A stretch of 64,000 bases of DNA from Candidatus Latescibacterota bacterium (lineage in GTDB: Bacteria; Latescibacterota; CBDEFO01), in assembly GCA_965237525.1 (NCBI GenBank), contig CBDEFO010000008.1:1408001-1472000 (forward strand). The letters run 5' to 3'. Of the stretch, positions 1 to 9,698 are shown one piece after another. The notes under the pieces are model-generated. The model saw nothing but the letters and a program-made list of their open reading frames with translations, ran no database searches and was not told where the DNA came from. The translations under genes were made by a program, and so were the position numbers. Position 1 is the stretch's first letter. Each line of letters begins with the position of its first letter.

Positions 1-86
1 GAGAGGCCGAGGCGGCACGAAACAGATTTGTAGAACTCTCAGAGAGCGACCGAAAAGCGCTCATCGCTTTCCTGATGTCGCTGTGA
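1..86 (+). CDS. 3' end of a di-heme oxidoreductase family (DUF1111-like, thiol oxidoreductase-like) protein, partial
   Basis: Frame from nt 3 reads EAEAARNRFVELSESDRKALIAFLMSL*, the typical C-terminus of this family. Confidence 0.7.
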   Translation, partial: EAEAARNRFVELSESDRKALIAFLMSL

Positions 87-98
87 GAGAGGGACGCT

Positions 99-551
99 AT
101 GGTACGACCTGAAAATGTCATGACGCGGCGGAAGTTTCTCATAGAATCTGGAGAGATAGTCCTGGCGTCGGGGCTTTCAGTATATGGACTCTCCGGATGT
201 GCGACTATGTCTGTCTACCACGGTGTCGTTGAGAACGGGCGCATCGTCGTAGATACAGCAGTGTACCCCGAATTGTCTGAGTCAGGGGGTGGAATTCTGG
301 TAGACTCTGACGGTGCTGCCGGGCCCATTCTGCTGATCAACATAGACGGGACCGCGTTCAGGGCTCTCTCTGCAATCTGCACACACCTGGGCTGTCGAGT
401 GCGAACTTCAGGAAACTTTCTCCGGTGTCCGTGCCACGGTTCCACGTACGATCTGGATGGAAAGGTGGTGCGGGGACCGGCGCCGAGAGCGCTTCGGATC
501 TTTGAGACACGGGTGAATAATAGCTTTGTAGATATTATTGTTGCTAAATGA
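99..551 (+). CDS. Rieske [2Fe-2S] protein with Tat signal and probable lipobox
   Basis: TRRKFL, LSGC, CTHLGC and CPCHGS motifs. Confidence 0.92.
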   Translation: MVRPENVMTRRKFLIESGEIVLASGLSVYGLSGCATMSVYHGVVENGRIVVDTAVYPELSESGGGILVDSDGAAGPILLINIDGTAFRALSAICTHLGCRVRTSGNFLRCPCHGSTYDLDGKVVRGPAPRALRIFETRVNNSFVDIIVAK

Positions 552-563
552 GGAGGAACGATT

Positions 564-1743
564 ATGTGTCAACGTGCTGTCTGGTTGGGTCTGTTTATGC
601 TAATAGGAACGTGGAATCTCCCCCTGTACGCCCAGGAAGGAGTTGAGGAACGTCCGTTCATCAAAGGTGGCGTCTACGACAAGCCCTACTTGTTTAAGTC
701 ATCTTCGCGGAGGGCTTCAATCGGAGGTTATACCGAGGCGCACTTCCGCTACGAGCGAGAGGAGGGGATCACAGAAGAGCTGACCTTTGTCCCGAAACGG
801 TTTAATATCTTCACCTTTGCATCCATTTCAGAGCGCTTCAGTACGTCTGCCGAGTTAGAATTTGAAGAGGGGACGGAGGAGATCTTGTTAGAGTTTGGTA
901 TTGCTGGACTTCGAAGTTCACGAGATGTTTACATTCCGGGGAGGCATGCTCTTGACCCCACTTGGGAAGTTTAACCTGGCACACGACAGTCCAGCCAACA
1001 AGATGACCGATCGGCCGTTAGTGAGCACCCAAATAATCTCGACGACACTGTCGGAGCCCGGCATGGGGTTCTACGGGGCTCTCTACCCGTCGGCCAGATC
1101 CCGCCTGACCTATGAACTCTACGCTGTAAATGGTTTTAACGCCGACATAATCGAAGAGAGTCCTGAGGGGACACGTATCGCGCAGGGGAAAAGGAACGTC
1201 GAGGATAACAACAACAGTCCAGCGTTCACAGGACGTGTGGCGGTCAGTCCGCTTCCGGAGGGAGAAGTAGGAATCTCGTGGCATACAGGCAAGTACAACA
1301 AGACCAGTGAGGAAGGTCTGAAGATAGACGAAGGGCGCAATCTGACCATCCTGGCGATCGACGGGGAGTTCCGTCGCGGCGATCGATACGAGGTATTGGG
1401 GGAGTACGCACGCTCCTGGATAGACCTGCCGACGAGCCTGATGGGGACTATCTTTTCCGAACGGCAGCAGGGCTTATATATTCAGGGGAGCGCCGATTTC
1501 CTGCGGGGCGCCTTCCAATCTCTCCCCCGCTCGTTCTTTGCAGGAGTGGCCCGTTACGGATTAGTTGACTTCGACACGAAACTTAAGGGGGATACCCACA
1601 AACGGCTCACCCTGGGGCTAAATTTCCGGCCGACAGAAGATTCAGTCTTCAAGCTCGACTACCAGTACAACTAGGTCCGGGACCGCCTGGACGTGCGTGT
1701 GACCAGCGCAGCCGTTCTGTTCAGCACGGCAACGTATTTCTAA
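564..1743 (+). pseudogene. Outer-membrane beta-barrel/porin-like gene with a frameshift (~898) and an in-frame TAG (1672-1674)
   Basis: ORFs 564-974 and 895-1674 together match the intact paralog at 1905-3065; reading past the TAG gives VRDRLDVRVTSAAVLFSTATYF* (TAA 1741-1743), matching the paralog's SVASYF end. Confidence 0.8.
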
Positions 1744-1904
1744 ATGAACTACACTCTTTGCGCTGCACGCAGATCAGACGATTTTTACTCATCCAGAACT
1801 ACTACAGGAATGTGAAATCTCCAGACGGAAAAGCACGGACAGTCCGGTCAACAAGCTGACCGATCGACTGATGGTGAGAACCCAGATATAAGGAGGGCAT
1901 CAAA

Positions 1905-3065
1905 ATGGACTTAACAAAGCGTGTGGCGTCTGCGGTATTATGCATCTTTGTCGCTTACAGCGGATCAATATGGGCAGAGGAGATTGAAGAGGAGCGTCCG
2001 TCAGTGCCGGGAGGGATCTATGACAAGCCCTTTATACGGCGAGCCGGAAGGGCTACCGCTCTGGGAGGATACATAGACCACGAATTCGAATGGGCAGAAG
2101 ATGGGGATAAGACCTTCGATCAGCATAGGTTTAATTTCTTTACCTATTCTGAGGTCACAGACCGCATTCACATATCCTCAGAGCTAGAGTACGAGCACGG
2201 AGCGTTGGTAAAGGGAAAAGGAGAGACGGACGGCGAAGTGAAAGTGGAGTATGCCAACTTCGACTTTATGGTGGATGAACGTCTGAACTTCCGCGGCGGA
2301 GTCATACTGTCCCCGCTTGGGAAATTTAACCTCGCACACGACAGTCCACTAAACGATCTTACGGGTAGACCGATGGTTGACAGACAGATCATCCCCTCGA
2401 CTTTGAGCGAATCGGGAATGGGAATCTATGGGGTGTTTTATCCAACTGGGCTTTCACTTTTGAGCTATGAGGTGTATGTGGTGAACGGTTTCAACCAAAA
2501 GATTATAAAGGATGATGATGTAAGGATCAGAAGCGGAAGGGGAAGTCAAAAAAACGATAACAACGAGGATAAAGCGGTTGTAGCAAGAGTGAACTTCAGT
2601 CCGAGATTTGGCATGGATCTGGGGGCGTCGGTTCATACAGGGGATTACGATGATGAGGGCAAACACAATCTGACGATTTTGGGTCTGGACGGTACATATA
2701 CCAGAGGAGCCTTAGACCTTTTGGGCCAGTATGCAAGGTCAGAGATAGATATAGATAGGGTCGCTCTGCCGAATGCCGCAGAATCTCAGCAGGGCTATTA
2801 CCTTCAGGCAAGTTATCACTTTCTGCACGAGGTCCTTTTGCCCGGCTCTGTGTTTACAGGTGTGATCAGATGGGACTCCGTAGATTTCGATACGGATATA
2901 GAGGGGGATGATCAGGAGCGCCTGACTTTAGGCTTAAATTTCAGACCTGTGGAAGATTCCGTCTTCAAGTTAGACTGGCAGTTCAATTGGGAGAGGCCCG
3001 AAAATATCAGCACTCGGAGCGAGCCGAAAAACCGCTTCTTTTTCTCTGTAGCCTCTTATTTTTAG
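1905..3065 (+). CDS. Outer-membrane porin-like beta-barrel protein
   Basis: Signal peptide, alternating beta-strand pattern, C-terminal Phe, AGGAGG RBS. Confidence 0.8.
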   Translation: MDLTKRVASAVLCIFVAYSGSIWAEEIEEERPSVPGGIYDKPFIRRAGRATALGGYIDHEFEWAEDGDKTFDQHRFNFFTYSEVTDRIHISSELEYEHGALVKGKGETDGEVKVEYANFDFMVDERLNFRGGVILSPLGKFNLAHDSPLNDLTGRPMVDRQIIPSTLSESGMGIYGVFYPTGLSLLSYEVYVVNGFNQKIIKDDDVRIRSGRGSQKNDNNEDKAVVARVNFSPRFGMDLGASVHTGDYDDEGKHNLTILGLDGTYTRGALDLLGQYARSEIDIDRVALPNAAESQQGYYLQASYHFLHEVLLPGSVFTGVIRWDSVDFDTDIEGDDQERLTLGLNFRPVEDSVFKLDWQFNWERPENISTRSEPKNRFFFSVASYF

Positions 3066-3329
3066 ACAAATTCTATACTCTTAATCAATGTCTACCGCGC
3101 GAGCTGATCAGGGATACCCTATCGTCAGGACAATGTCATACAGCAGGAAACGCCTGTGCAGTGCTTGCAACGCCTTATAATTCTATGCCTTCGTTGCAGA
3201 TTCTTCCCACGGCCCATAGGGGTACACGCTCTAAGTCCTCCACCTTCGGTCTCACACCTTACAGTATAAGTCCAAGACTTCCCAGCTTCGAACGGACGAG
3301 CAGAACGTCTGGATAGCGTAATCTAACTC

Positions 3330-3423
3330 TACCTTAATTCCTCAACGCCCCGCGATGTGAAGACCTGTCCGGGCCGGGAAAGCCCCGCTGTTTAAAGAAC
3401 TCAATCTGATCCTTTCTGAACAT
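3330..3423 (-). pseudogene. Probable 5' remnant of a PhyH-like dioxygenase gene
   Basis: RBS plus MFRKDQIEFFKQRGFPGP, then a shifted VFTSRGVEELR, resembling PhyH N-termini; stops follow. Confidence 0.3.
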
Positions 3424-3445
3424 CGCATCTATCTCCCTTCATTCT

Positions 3446-3519
3446 GTAGACAGTAGACAGGGCACTGTCTCTCATCCCCTAACTCCACCAGATAGTAGAA
3501 CAGACATTCTTGTCTGTTC
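3446..3519 (+). repeat. GTAG-type REP-like palindromic repeats
   Basis: GTAGACAGTAGACAGGGCA and GTAGAACAGACATTCTTGTCTGTTC, both recurring at 10897-10971. Confidence 0.65.
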
Positions 3520-3606
3520 CTTCCAAAGGTTCTTCCAATAATTCTTGGGGACAAAAGCGCAGCAATCATATATTTTACCATCAGGAGATCTATCAAAGAT
3601 CAGCCA

Positions 3607-4761
3607 TCACTTACAGACCAGTTCCCTCGGTAGATCGGTGAGGACTTCACATCCGTCATCTGTGATCACGATGGTCTCACTGACGGTGGCGCCATATTTC
3701 CCGGGGTCGCGAATAGAGGTGGTGCAGTGAAACGCCATGCCCGACTGTAGCATAGTATCGTCGCCCTCTGTGATAGCAGTGGAGCAGTCGCCCCATTCGG
3801 GTGGGAACCCTATGCCGATGGAGTAGGCATAGCAACCGTGCCAGATAAAGTGGGACGGCAGCCAATCCAGACATCTACTTGCCTTTATGGCGACCTCGTC
3901 GCCTGAGATGCCGGGCTTGGCGTTCTGGATGACCGTATTTACACTGTCGCGACAGGAGTCGGCCGTCCGTTTGACTATATCAGGGGGTTGGCCGATGAAC
4001 ACAGTGCGCATAATTGGCGCGCTGTAGCGGTTGATGCACGCTCCGAACTCCATGAAGATGGGATCGCCCTTTTTGATCTTTATCCGGCGGTGGGTGGAGT
4101 GAGGGATTCCTGAACGCTCGCCGACTGTAACTATAGGATCGTAGCACATATATTCGCTTCCACCGCCGATCATGACCTCGTATCCTGCCAAAGCCAGGTC
4201 GTTGTCTGTCTTCCCCTCTCCTGCGACCTCGATGGCAGCCTGCATTCCAGCACTGCTCAAGTTTGCCGCCTGGCGGATGTACTCTATCTCAGCTTGGGAC
4301 TTGATGACCTTTACCAGTTCCACTGTGCCGCTAACGTCTACGAAGCTGACATGGGGCAACAGATCTAACAGACGAAGATAATTCGTAACCCTGAGGCCGC
4401 AGGATCCTAACTCAATTCCAACTTTCGCCTCGGCAAGACCGCGATCGTAGAGCAGCTTTCTCGTAGCTTCGATGTAATCCTCTCCTATTCCGTAAGTGAC
4501 GCACGCGTCCAGCCACGATCCTAACGCGGCGTTGTGCGACTCAAAGTCCTGACTCAACAGGACAGGATCGCCCTCTTTCGGCACCAAGACCATGAAGTAT
4601 TTATGCGCTCCGATCGTCTGAATCCCGGTCAGATAACAGATATTAGGAAAGGTGTGGCACAGCATAACGTCTAGATCTTTTTGGGCCATGATATTTTGAA
4701 CCTTTTTCACCCGTGAACGGTATTCGTCCACAGTGAACGATAGGTCTTTTGCGATCGGCAT
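3607..4761 (-). CDS. M24/creatinase-fold protein (Xaa-Pro peptidase family, ectoine hydrolase DoeA-like)
   Basis: Creatinase N-domain, IKSQAEIEYIRQAA, HSTH, RYSAPIMRT, SETIVITDDGCEVLT; several metal ligands are replaced as in creatinase-type members. Confidence 0.85.
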   Translation of the reverse strand: MPIAKDLSFTVDEYRSRVKKVQNIMAQKDLDVMLCHTFPNICYLTGIQTIGAHKYFMVLVPKEGDPVLLSQDFESHNAALGSWLDACVTYGIGEDYIEATRKLLYDRGLAEAKVGIELGSCGLRVTNYLRLLDLLPHVSFVDVSGTVELVKVIKSQAEIEYIRQAANLSSAGMQAAIEVAGEGKTDNDLALAGYEVMIGGGSEYMCYDPIVTVGERSGIPHSTHRRIKIKKGDPIFMEFGACINRYSAPIMRTVFIGQPPDIVKRTADSCRDSVNTVIQNAKPGISGDEVAIKASRCLDWLPSHFIWHGCYAYSIGIGFPPEWGDCSTAITEGDDTMLQSGMAFHCTTSIRDPGKYGATVSETIVITDDGCEVLTDLPRELVCK

Positions 4762-4948
4762 AGAATTGCTCTCCTTATGTAATGACGGCGACCCTTAGCC
4801 TGCTAACCGAATAGATGCCTCTCGGTGAGCATAAGATAAAGAAAGGCTATGTCTAAAGTCAAGATCAAAAGTCAAAGGTTTGAATCTGACGTTCGCAGGC
4901 GTGGGGTTATCTCTCCCTTACATTTGGCTGACATTAGTAGCTTCGTCC

Positions 4949-4977
4949 TTGACAAACGAAGAATTTAGAACTATATT
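4949..4977 (+). promoter_or_regulatory. sigma70-type promoter for nfeD-slipin
   Basis: TTGACA-N17-TATATT. Confidence 0.7.
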
Positions 4978-5031
4978 CGTAGCTCGTAATCTCCATTTGG
5001 TATTCAACCATAATCCTTATGGAAGTGCGCC

Positions 5032-6345
5032 ATGATCATCAAAAAAGCTGCGGTATTATTACTATCCATCTTTTTTATAGCATCCTCCTCCTTCTCATCC
5101 CCGACCCCAGATTTAATCGGGGAACGGACGGTGAACCTTGCAGTCGTGGACGGGGCCATCGGTCCCACATCGGCCGAGTTCATAGTCGAGGCCATAGAGA
5201 CATCCGAATCGGATGAGGCAGAGTGTCTGATAATAGAGTTGGACACTCCGGGGGGACTGGACGCCTCTATGCGCGTCATCGTCAAGAGGATAATGGCGGC
5301 TGAGGTGCCCGTCGTAGTCTATGTCTTTCCCAGTGGGTCCCGAGCTGCGTCGGCGGGGGCATTTATAATGCTGGCTGCACACTTTGCAGCTATGACGCCG
5401 GGGACCAACGTGGGCGCGGCCCATCCTGTGCAGATAGGCGCCGGAGGGGCGTCAATGGACACTACTTTAGCGGAAAAGGCCACAAACGACGCTGCGGCTT
5501 ACATCAGGACAATAGCCGAAAAGCGCAATAGAGACATCGAGTGGGCTGAAGACGCAGTTAGAAAGAGCGTCTCTGCAACCGAGAGCGAGGCGTTGGAGAT
5601 AGGGATCATCGATTTTGTGTGTGAGGATGTATCTGCGCTCTTGGATTCCCTGGACGGAGCGGAGGCCGAACTCCCATCATCAACGAGAACGCTCCAGACC
5701 AAGGGAGCAGAGATAAAAGAAATCCAGATGGGGCTAAGACGCCGGATTCTATCGGCTATCTCCAACCCCAACATCGCCTACATACTGATGATGCTCGGTA
5801 TCTACGGCCTTATCTTCGAGCTTTCAAATCCCGGAGCGATCCTCCCCGGAGTTGTGGGAGGCATATGCCTTATCCTGGCGTTCTTCGGCTTACAGACACT
5901 CTCTGTCAACTATTCCGGGTTGCTCCTAATCGCCTTTGCGGTGATCCTTTTCATAGCAGAATTAAAGACTCCCACTCACGGAATCCTGACCGTGGGAGGG
6001 ATCATATCTTTGACTTTAGGTTCTTTAATGCTCTTTGAATCTCCCGAACCCTTCTTGAGGGTCTCGTGGAAGGTGATAATTGCGACTGTTAGCTTTACCA
6101 CTCTTTTCTTCATCTTAGCTGTAGGCATGGGTCTCAGAGCGCAGAAAAAGGAGGTGTTTAGCGGATCGGAGAGCCTTTTGGGAAGGATCGGTGAGGCAAG
6201 AACCGACATAAAGGGCAAGGGAACGGTATTTTTGATGGGCGAACACTGGAACGCAGAATCGGACCTCCCCATATCCAAAGGGGACAAAGTGAACGTAATC
6301 AGCACAGATCGCTCCGTGTTAAAGGTCTCGAAGATTGAGACGTAA
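5032..6345 (+). CDS. nfeD: NfeD family membrane-bound serine protease (long form)
   Basis: LDTPGG, RAASAG, NVGAAHPV, multiple TM segments, C-terminal OB-fold (GEHWNA). Confidence 0.93.
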   Translation: MIIKKAAVLLLSIFFIASSSFSSPTPDLIGERTVNLAVVDGAIGPTSAEFIVEAIETSESDEAECLIIELDTPGGLDASMRVIVKRIMAAEVPVVVYVFPSGSRAASAGAFIMLAAHFAAMTPGTNVGAAHPVQIGAGGASMDTTLAEKATNDAAAYIRTIAEKRNRDIEWAEDAVRKSVSATESEALEIGIIDFVCEDVSALLDSLDGAEAELPSSTRTLQTKGAEIKEIQMGLRRRILSAISNPNIAYILMMLGIYGLIFELSNPGAILPGVVGGICLILAFFGLQTLSVNYSGLLLIAFAVILFIAELKTPTHGILTVGGIISLTLGSLMLFESPEPFLRVSWKVIIATVSFTTLFFILAVGMGLRAQKKEVFSGSESLLGRIGEARTDIKGKGTVFLMGEHWNAESDLPISKGDKVNVISTDRSVLKVSKIET

Positions 6346-6384
6346 GCGAGCGACTAGAACAACCAGAAAAGAGAGGATAAAGCC

Positions 6385-7146
6385 ATGCCGAATTGGGGTT
6401 TTGGATTGATAGTTTTGATACTCTTTGCCATTGTTATCCTTTCAGCAGCAATACGGGTCTTAAGGGAGTACGAGCGCGGCGTCATCTTCAGATTGGGCAG
6501 GTTGATAGGAGAAAAGGGCCCGGGTCTAATATTTCTGATCCCCATAGTTGACAGGATGGTGAGAGTATCGCTGAGAGTGGTAGCTGAGGATATCCCAGCA
6601 CAGGACGTTATAACCAAAGATAACGTCACTATAAAGGTGAACGCTGTGCTCTACTTCCGCGTTATAAGGGCCCAGGAGGCCATAGTCAACGTGGAGAATT
6701 ACGTCGTCGCCACGTCCCAGATGGCGCAGACGACTCTAAGGAGCATCCTGGGTGAACACGTATTAGATGACCTCTTAGCCAACAGGGAGATGATAAACCA
6801 GAGGCTCCAGCAGATCATAGACGAGCGTACAGACGCCTGGGGGATCAAGGTATCGGCGGTGGAGGTAAAGACTGTGGACTTGCCTCAGGAGATGCAGCGC
6901 GCTATAGCCAAGCAGGCAGAGGCAGAGCGTGAAAGGAGAGCCAAGGTGATTCACGCGGAGGGCGAGTTTCAGGCGGCGGAGAGATTAACTCAAGCAGCAG
7001 GCGTCATCGCTCAGGAGCCCGCCGCCCTGCAGCTTCGATACCTTCAGACTGTTACTGAGATTGCGGTCGATAAAAATACCACTTTGATCTTCCCCTTGCC
7101 GATGGAACTAATACGCGGGCTCTTCCCTGATAGGAAAGAGGAGTAG
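6385..7146 (+). CDS. SPFH/slipin (stomatin-like) protein
   Basis: [40 protein letters not shown]; canonical nfeD partner. Confidence 0.95.
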   Translation: MPNWGFGLIVLILFAIVILSAAIRVLREYERGVIFRLGRLIGEKGPGLIFLIPIVDRMVRVSLRVVAEDIPAQDVITKDNVTIKVNAVLYFRVIRAQEAIVNVENYVVATSQMAQTTLRSILGEHVLDDLLANREMINQRLQQIIDERTDAWGIKVSAVEVKTVDLPQEMQRAIAKQAEAERERRAKVIHAEGEFQAAERLTQAAGVIAQEPAALQLRYLQTVTEIAVDKNTTLIFPLPMELIRGLFPDRKEE

Positions 7147-7270
7147 ACAGCACATCTCCTCTCCTATCTGACTATTGTTTACTTGCCTTTCCAAATGGGC
7201 GAACGCATTGTGAAAAGCCTACGGGTTTGCTCTCTGCCATTATCTGCAGGGCACTGGTCAGCCCAGACCT

Positions 7271-7295
7271 TGGGGCGAGCAAACCTCGCCCCTAC
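7271..7295 (-). repeat. GTAG-type REP-like palindrome
   Basis: Reverse complement reads GTAGGGGCGAGGTTTGCTCGCCCC; a similar start is at 35396. Confidence 0.6.
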
Positions 7296-7316
7296 ATCTG
7301 TCTAATATTTTTCCGT

Positions 7317-8186
7317 ATGATCTTGAAGATAAGAGACAGCAAACTTTCTGCTAAGTCCTTCGACAGAGTGCTGAAAGACCTGAACGCCTCAATGCGCAAC
7401 GGGAATGATCGCCATAAGGTGATAGTGGATCTTGCCAATGTGGATTTCATAGACCCCTACGGCATGGGGATGCTCTGTCTATTGGGCCGCTATCTGTGTG
7501 AAAGGTTCGACAGAGTCGTCTTGAAGTTGCCCGAAGTCGGTCCTATCAAGAGCTACCTGGGGCGGATGAAGATCCTGAAGGCCATAAGCGATTACGCACA
7601 GGTGGAAGGCAGAGAATGGGGGATGGAATACACCGAAGGTCCCGCCAACGAAGCCCTCCTGGAGGTGACCGAAATACATAGCTCCAGGGATGTGGAGTCC
7701 GTCTTACAGCTTATAAATCGCCGCGTGGATTCGATCCTGACCGAAGAACTTCGATATACGATCAAGGAGATAACTGAATTTAAGAACGCCTCCGCTGAAC
7801 TCTGTCACAATGTCCTGGATCACAGTGAAAATTGGGGATACATATCCGCTCAAAGGTACACCGACCAGAAAGAAAGGAAATTTGCGGTAATCTCTGTGGT
7901 AGATCTTGGAATCGGGATAAGGAGAAGTCTATCTTCGAGGTTCGATGTCTCAAAATGGAGCCATGCAACCGCTATATTGAACGCTTTGAAGAAGGACATC
8001 TCAAGAGATCCGACACGGGGCTTGGGCCTCTACGTGGTCAGGAGAACCTGCGCAGAACACGGAGGGAGTCTGCACATAAGGTCGGGAGATGCGAGGGTCT
8101 ATATAAGGGGAACTAATGTCTATAGATACGAATCCGTCCCCTTTCCGGGCACGCAGGTTTGCATAACTCTCTATCAAAGAGAGTAG
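7317..8186 (+). CDS. STAS-domain plus HATPase_c (RsbW-like) ATP-binding protein
   Basis: N-terminal IVDLANVDFIDPYG (STAS); ELCHNVLDHS N-box, VVDLGIGI G1, RGLGL G2; no HisKA domain seen. Confidence 0.8.
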   Translation: MILKIRDSKLSAKSFDRVLKDLNASMRNGNDRHKVIVDLANVDFIDPYGMGMLCLLGRYLCERFDRVVLKLPEVGPIKSYLGRMKILKAISDYAQVEGREWGMEYTEGPANEALLEVTEIHSSRDVESVLQLINRRVDSILTEELRYTIKEITEFKNASAELCHNVLDHSENWGYISAQRYTDQKERKFAVISVVDLGIGIRRSLSSRFDVSKWSHATAILNALKKDISRDPTRGLGLYVVRRTCAEHGGSLHIRSGDARVYIRGTNVYRYESVPFPGTQVCITLYQRE

Positions 8187-8295
8187 ACAGCGGACCGTTT
8201 CCCCCTAAGCCGTCATTGCGAGCGAAGTGAAGCAATCTGGTAGACATCTGGAAAGCGCATTTTCATGCTTAATGTTAAGAAGTCTCAGAAAATGC

Positions 8296-8323
8296 TTGAC
8301 ATCCGAAGTATTTTTTTTATCTT
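8296..8323 (+). promoter_or_regulatory. sigma70-type promoter upstream of the STAS-wHTH gene
   Basis: TTGACA-N16-TATCTT followed by the AT palindrome TTTAATTAAA. Confidence 0.55.
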
Positions 8324-8369
8324 TATAGTTTAATTAAATTAAGTGAAACTGAACAAGTGGGGGAAAACC

Positions 8370-8924
8370 ATGCTTAGTCATGCCCAACCCTATGTTGTTA
8401 CTTCAGATATTACCATTCTAAGTGGAAGGAAGAAGGGGCAGGAGATTCTGGACGACCTGATGGCGCACATAGCAAGAGCCGAAGCGAACACAGTCGTCCC
8501 GCTTAATTTTTCAGGTATAGAATTTTTGGATATCTCCTGCGCCGACGAATTCCTGACCAAGCTCCTATTGAGGCTTAAAAGCGGTGAGTTAGGATCTAAA
8601 TTCGTCTTCATAGTCGGAGGCAACCCTTCAGTCAAAGAGACCATAGGGGCGGTGCTTAAGATAAGGGACCTTGCCGTCCTTTTCAACGGAGAGGGAAAGA
8701 TCGAGATAATGGGAGACTTAAAGCCTCCCAACAGGGAGGCTCTGGAGATACTACTGAAGAAGAAGAAACTCACATCAACTCAACTATCTCAAGCCCTGAA
8801 AAAGAACATCAACATCGCCTGCAACAGGCTCAACGCCCTTCAGAAGATGGGACTGACCTATAGGGTGAAAGACACGAACGTCCAAGGAGGCGGCAGACAG
8901 TACTATTATGAGTCTATTGTGTGA
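8370..8924 (+). CDS. STAS-like (DUF4325-like) domain fused to a winged helix-turn-helix
   Basis: LNFSGIEFLDISCADEF (STAS-like); LTSTQLSQAL..INIACNRLNALQKMGL..GGGRQYYY (wHTH). Confidence 0.75.
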   Translation: MLSHAQPYVVTSDITILSGRKKGQEILDDLMAHIARAEANTVVPLNFSGIEFLDISCADEFLTKLLLRLKSGELGSKFVFIVGGNPSVKETIGAVLKIRDLAVLFNGEGKIEIMGDLKPPNREALEILLKKKKLTSTQLSQALKKNINIACNRLNALQKMGLTYRVKDTNVQGGGRQYYYESIV

Positions 8925-8981
8925 TGTACAAGACAAATGATCTTTGCAGATCGGACAAGACTGTCAACATTTAGGAGAAAG

Positions 8982-9644
8982 ATGTCAGAGAAGGAAGAGA
9001 ATAGGAAAGCAAAGTTAGAGATAATGGAGGCATACTTTACCCGCATGGCGCGGAGAGCGGGCTTTCTTGTCGAACTAGATAAAGACGGTCACACTGAGGA
9101 GGCCCTGCTTCTTTGTTGTTGCTACATTGAGAGCATGGGGAACTATCTGTACGGGCGAGAGAAGGGGAATCGCAAAAACTTTGTGCGTATCTTAAAAGAG
9201 TATGGCCAACAAGAAGTGCTCTGGCACATCTGTCCGAAGCTACTACGGATGAAGCTTGCAAAGGATAATTGCAAACGGATCCAAGAAATAGGGAAGACGC
9301 TTGTTGCTGTGTTGACGAGGGCTGAGGGAACGCTCTATACTGAGGATGATATCCTTGCCCTTGTTAAGCCAGTTATAAACGCAGTGGAGTTCAAAGAGCT
9401 AAAGGAGAATCTTTGGCGTTCAAACTTAGCGGCTATTTCTTACGAAATACTACGCAATCCCCTCGTCCACGAGATGAGCGGAAGCACTGGAATCACGTTT
9501 GGTGAAGCAACTTTCAGGGGGAATCTTGTAGGCACTCTTAACTTTTCACATTTCTACCCCGCGCTGCAGCGAATTCTTGTGGCGATGAAGGACCTTTCAC
9601 TTGATTCAGGGAAATGGTTTGGGCATGAAGTTGCTGACTCTTGA
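8982..9644 (+). CDS. Hypothetical protein, putative HEPN-like RNase
   Basis: All-helical appearance, conserved-type IES helix, YEILRNPLVHE = Rx4H motif; AGGAG RBS. Confidence 0.55.
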   Translation: MSEKEENRKAKLEIMEAYFTRMARRAGFLVELDKDGHTEEALLLCCCYIESMGNYLYGREKGNRKNFVRILKEYGQQEVLWHICPKLLRMKLAKDNCKRIQEIGKTLVAVLTRAEGTLYTEDDILALVKPVINAVEFKELKENLWRSNLAAISYEILRNPLVHEMSGSTGITFGEATFRGNLVGTLNFSHFYPALQRILVAMKDLSLDSGKWFGHEVADS

Positions 9645-9698
9645 CAAATGAAGAAAAGGCATCTTGAGTTGAAGTAAATCAAAAGGAAGCCAACGAAA

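Noticed and set aside
1672..1674. Pyrrolysine or amber recoding
   Set aside because: The TAG is one substitution from the paralog's TGG, the gene is also frameshifted, and TAG is used as a normal stop throughout the window
8206..8238. CGTCATTGCGAGCGAAGTGAAGCAATCT as a structured RNA gene
   Set aside because: Resembles one half of a common intergenic repeat; the partner half is absent, so no function can be supported
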